From: Nemertoderma westbladi
Taxonomy: Eukaryota; Animalia; Xenacoelomorpha
Direction of reading: 5' to 3'
DNA length: 46,031 bases
Assembly: GCA_032718475.1 (NCBI GenBank)
Contig: JAUCBJ010005547.1
Coordinates: forward strand, 1 to 46,031
Shown here: in pieces, positions 43,301 through 46,031 of the stretch
How positions within the stretch are numbered: the first letter of the stretch is position 1
Layout: the number at the start of each line of letters is the position of its first letter
Notes under the pieces: model-generated
Told to the model about the DNA's origin: nothing
The model's database searches: none
Seen by the model: only the letters and a program-made list of their open reading frames with translations
Translations under genes and position numbers: made by a program

Positions 43301-44590
43301 CTCCTATCCCGTGAGGGTACACGATGTATTATTATTATTATTAATTCAGACTCACTCTCCTATCCCGTGAGGGTACACGATGTATTATTATTATTATTAA
43401 TTCAGACTCACTCTCCTATCCCGTGAGGGTACACGATGTATTATTATTAATTCAGACTCACTCTCCTATCCCGTGAGGGTACACGATGTATTATTATTAA
43501 TTCAGACTCACTCTCCTATCCCGTGAGGGTACACGATGTATTATTATTAATTCAGACTCACTCTCCTATCCCGTGAGGGTACACGATGTATTATTATTAA
43601 TTCAGACTCACTCTCCTATCCCGTGAGGGTACACGATGTATTATTATTATTATTAACTCAGACTCACTCTCCTATCCCGTGAGGGTACACGATGTATTAT
43701 TATTAATTCAGACTCACTCTCCTATCCCGTGAGGGTACACGATGTATTATTATTAATTCAGACTCACTCTCCTATCCCGTGAGGGTACACGATGTATTAT
43801 TATTAATTCAGACTCACTCTCCTATCCCGTGAGGGTACACGATGTATTATTATTAATTCAGACTCACTCTCCTATCCCGTGAGGGTACACGATGTATTAT
43901 TATTAATTCAGACTCACTCTCCTATCCCGTGAGGGTACACGATGTATTATTATTATTATTAATCCAGACTCACTCTCCTATCTCGTGAGGGTACACGATG
44001 TATTATTATTAATTCAGACTCACTCTCCTATCCCGTGAGGGTACACGATGTATTATTATTAATTCAGACTCACTCTCCTATCCCGTGAGGGTACACGATG
44101 TATTATTATTATTATTAATTCAGACTCACTCTCCTATCCCGTGAGGGTACACGATGTATTATTATTATTATTAATTCAGACTCACTCTCCTATCCCGTGA
44201 GGGTACACGATGTATTATTATTATTATTAACTCAGACTCACTCTCCTATCCCGTGAGGGTACACGATGTATTATTATTAACTCAGACTCACTCTCCTATC
44301 CCGTGAGGGTACACGATGTATTATTATTATTATTAATTCAGACTCACTCTCCTATCCCGTGAGGGCACACGATGTATTATTATTATTATTAATTCAGACT
44401 CACTCTCCTATCCCGTGAGGGCACACGATGTATTATTATTATTATTAATTCAGACTCACTCTCCTATCCCGTGAGGGTACACGATGTATTATTATTATTA
44501 TTAATTCAGACTCACTCTCCTATCCCGTGAGGGCACACGATGTATTATTATTAATTCAGACTCACTCTCCAATCTCGTGAGGGTACACGA
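1316..44590. repeat. 43.3-kb tandem array of a 50/53/56(/59)-bp unit, roughly 800 copies (estimated from length), derived from an exon-intron junction
   Basis: Plus-strand unit TG(TAT)nTAATTCAGACTCACTCTCCTATCCCGTGAGGGTACACGA, with n mostly 3 or 5, less often 4 and rarely 6. There are few recurrent variants (ATCTCG, GGGCAC, AACTCAG, AATCCAG, CCAATCTCG, small deletions). I saw no unique spacers, inversions or insertions anywhere in the array. Confidence 0.99.
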
Positions 44591-44741
44591 ATTTAACCGC
44601 TTGTTTCAGGTGAATGTCTGCAATGTGTTTGGCTAATTTCTTTGCACTGGGTATCGGTTTGAACTCCCTTTTCCCTTTCTTGTTGACGCAACCGAGACGA
44701 ATACATTTCTTCCACAAACACTGGAATTCACCCGGGGCGAC
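44566..44741 (-). CDS. PBRM1: Coding exon (176 nt) encoding a C2H2 zinc finger; probable Polybromo-1-like C-terminal region
   Basis: Acceptor ttgtatttcag|G at 44742/44741 and donor GGAGA|GTGAGT at 44566/44565. It reads without stops: VAPGEFQCLWKKCIRLGCVNKKGKREFKPIPSAKKLAKHIADIHLKQAVKFVYPHEIG (C-x4-C...H-x4-H). The CLWxxCxR...PxPS...LxKHxxxxH pattern resembles the second C-terminal finger of invertebrate Polybromo as I recall it. The exon is well supported; the gene symbol is tentative (about 0.6). Confidence 0.8.
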
Positions 44742-45143
44742 CTGAAATACAATAAATTTTATTTTATTGGATAATTTTTTGTTGCAGGTTTGGAGAGTAC
44801 GTAGTTAAGGTAACGGCTCGAATCGCAATGGAAAATAAACCCTGCCGATGAAAATTCGATGCCTTACTTGCATAAATCAAAGTAATCTCTTCTATTGACT
44901 TTCAATTATTGTTTTGCTTATAATAATATACCATTATAACCTGCTCCTTTCCCTTGATAATTAACATTATTAAATCTCAGAGATGGGATTTGCACTCCCA
45001 CTTCTACTTCAGGAAACCGTATTAATTATTTACATAAACGACCAACACGAATAGCTTCAAAGGTAATGCCTGGCCTACACGTACTACTAAAGGTTATAAA
45101 GGGTAAAGTAACACTCATTAGTTTATTATACGATTCTGATTAC
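44742..45143 (-). other. 402-nt phase-0 GT-AG spliceosomal intron
   Basis: Begins GAG|GTAATC, ends TATTTCAG|GTC and is AT-rich. Removing it joins the two zinc-finger exons in frame (..NSAE|VAPG..). Confidence 0.82.
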
Positions 45144-45278
45144 CTCGGCGGAGTTGAGATGGACTTCGGGGTCGTTTATGTGAGTCCGGAGGTCGGTGGA
45201 CTCCTCGAACTGGTGGTCGCAGTCGTCCCAGCGACACTCGTGGACTGTAAATATCTGCGCTCCCGGCGGCAGCTGGCT
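45144..45278 (-). CDS. PBRM1: Coding exon (135 nt) encoding a C2H2-type zinc finger; probable Polybromo-1-like
   Basis: GC-rich island in AT-rich flanks, with acceptor atatatttgtag| at 45279/45278 and donor GAG|GTAATC. It translates as SQLPPGAQIFTVHECRWDDCDHQFEESTDLRTHINDPEVHLNSAE. ECxWDxCDxQFE..xD...H resembles the first C-terminal finger of invertebrate Polybromo. An alternative acceptor (tttacag|, exon start 45244) is possible. The gene symbol is tentative. Confidence 0.8.
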
Positions 45279-45442
45279 CTACAAATATATTATCGGTAAA
45301 ATAAAAATATTGGTTGAATTTTGGTAACATTATTTTCACCTCGCATGTTTTCGACTGATTACGAACCAGCGAGCTATAAGAAGGCCGTCCATAAACAAAC
45401 ATAGTGTAGTTGGGTCCCTCCCCATTAAACAGCTTTGCTTAC

Positions 45443-45445
45443 AGT
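45443..45445 (-). CDS. Candidate 3-nt microexon (ACT, Thr in phase 0)
   Basis: The minus strand reads gtatttctctctctcag ACT gtaagc: a strong polypyrimidine tract and CAG, 3 nt, then a near-consensus donor. It sits 164 nt upstream of the 45278 acceptor. Confidence 0.45.
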
Positions 45446-45918
45446 CTGAGAGAGAGAAATACCAGCCCCTAAATGTCATTATTATTAACCTATAAAACAT
45501 ATTAACGACCCAGTGAGTAACATTATAGATATTCCCATAGGATTCACTGCGAAGAGCTATTCAGCTGGCGGGGTAATAGTTACAAACTCAGATATGTTTG
45601 ATTACTGTCTGGGATAGAGTTAACTGAGTAAACACAACCTTACTAAACTTAGCAAGTAATATACTTCTTTGCAGTTTGGGCTATCCACTCAATAAATAGT
45701 AGCCTAGTAGCTTACTAGGCCCACATGAGTGAGTACCAGCAGCTGGTGTTTCTATCGTTGAGTTGATGGCAATTATCGTGTTTTGGGGCTATTTTCGAAA
45801 TACAAAAAAGACACTTAAATAATTCTTTTTGAAAATGTTTTTTACACATCCTGGGGTTGAGCTGCGTCGATTGATATAACTTTCATTATGTAATATAAAT
45901 GGTTTTGTTCAGAAGTGG

Positions 45919-45924
45919 AAAAAA
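45919..45924 (-). terminator. Putative Pol III oligo-T terminator (T6)
   Basis: A run of six T on the minus strand, one base after the acceptor-like stem of the tRNA-like unit. Confidence 0.45.
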
Positions 45925-45953
45925 TGACAAAGCGCGTCACCGGGGGTTGAACC

Positions 45954-45999
45954 AGCGCTATACGTACGTTTCAGCCTATCAGGCCTCATCAGTAGCGCT
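45954..45999 (-). ncRNA. Minimal type I hammerhead ribozyme motif
   Basis: Minus strand AGCGCTA-CTGATGA-GGCCT-GAT-AGGCT-GAAA-C-GTAC-G-TA-TAGCGCT. It has a 7-bp perfect stem I, the CUGAUGA core (45992-45986), stem II, GAAA (45972-45969) and a short palindromic stem III (ACGTACGT). The GUA triplet predicts cleavage between 45961 and 45960. The base pair closing stem II is G-U rather than the canonical G-C. Confidence 0.88.
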
Positions 46000-46031
46000 A
46001 ACCAGTTCAGCCACTTGTCCCTGACATTCAC

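Larger units (their letters stand above)
45919..46020 (-). ncRNA. tRNA-like / SINE-like putative Pol III unit enclosing the hammerhead
   Basis: A-box TGGCTGAACTGG (46013-46002) starts at +8 from G46020, as in tRNAs. B-box-like GGTTCAACCCC at 45953-45943. The 5' GACAAG can pair with 3' TTTGTC (45931-45926) like an acceptor stem, followed by a T6 tract (45924-45919). Confidence 0.6.

Noticed and set aside
1316-44565. Canonical recursive (AG|GT ratchet) splice sites in each unit
   Set aside because: The donor is preceded by GA, not AG. The nearby TAG lies 4 nt upstream and lacks an adjacent polypyrimidine tract.
1316-44590. CRISPR array
   Set aside because: There are no unique spacers (only TAT copy number and a few SNPs vary), no cas genes, and the context is a eukaryotic spliced gene.
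44805-44867. Imperfect inverted repeat in the 402-nt intron (TAAGG..TCGAAT / ATTCGA..CCTTA) as a MITE
   Set aside because: The arms are short and interrupted, and a single copy cannot establish an element.
45066-45402. ORFs 45066-45299 (+) and 45118-45402 (-)
   Set aside because: They are antisense and off-frame shadows of the real zinc-finger exon 45278-45144.
45702-45720. Hairpin GCCTAGTA-GCT-TACTAGGC as a terminator or Helitron end
   Set aside because: It is an isolated 8-bp stem with no following U tract or properly spaced CTRR terminus, and there is no other support.
45919-46020. Functional tRNA gene
   Set aside because: There is no anticodon arm (it is replaced by the hammerhead), the T arm is imperfect, and extra bases precede the 3' acceptor strand.

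Overview
Eukaryotic (probably invertebrate) genomic DNA, about 96% tandem repeat. From left to right: (1) a C-terminal fragment of a non-LTR retrotransposon reverse transcriptase (RTE-like, + strand, 1-575), cut off by (2) a 42-bp minisatellite (576-1315), which directly abuts (3) a 43.3-kb, very homogeneous array of a 50/53/56-bp unit (1316-44590, roughly 800 copies by length estimate). The right 1.4 kb holds (4) two spliced minus-strand exons (45278-45144 and 44741-44566) that the ORF track misses. They encode two C2H2 zinc fingers resembling the C-terminal fingers of invertebrate Polybromo (PBRM1/BAF180). The unit of the giant array is exactly the last 25 nt of the second exon plus the first 25 nt of the following intron, so the array is about 800 copies of the gene's own GA|GTGAGT splice donor. 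Also present are (5) a candidate 3-nt microexon (45445-45443) and (6) a roughly 100-nt minus-strand tRNA-like/Pol III unit (46020-45919) with a minimal type I hammerhead ribozyme between its A and B boxes. All calls were read by eye; no database searches were run.
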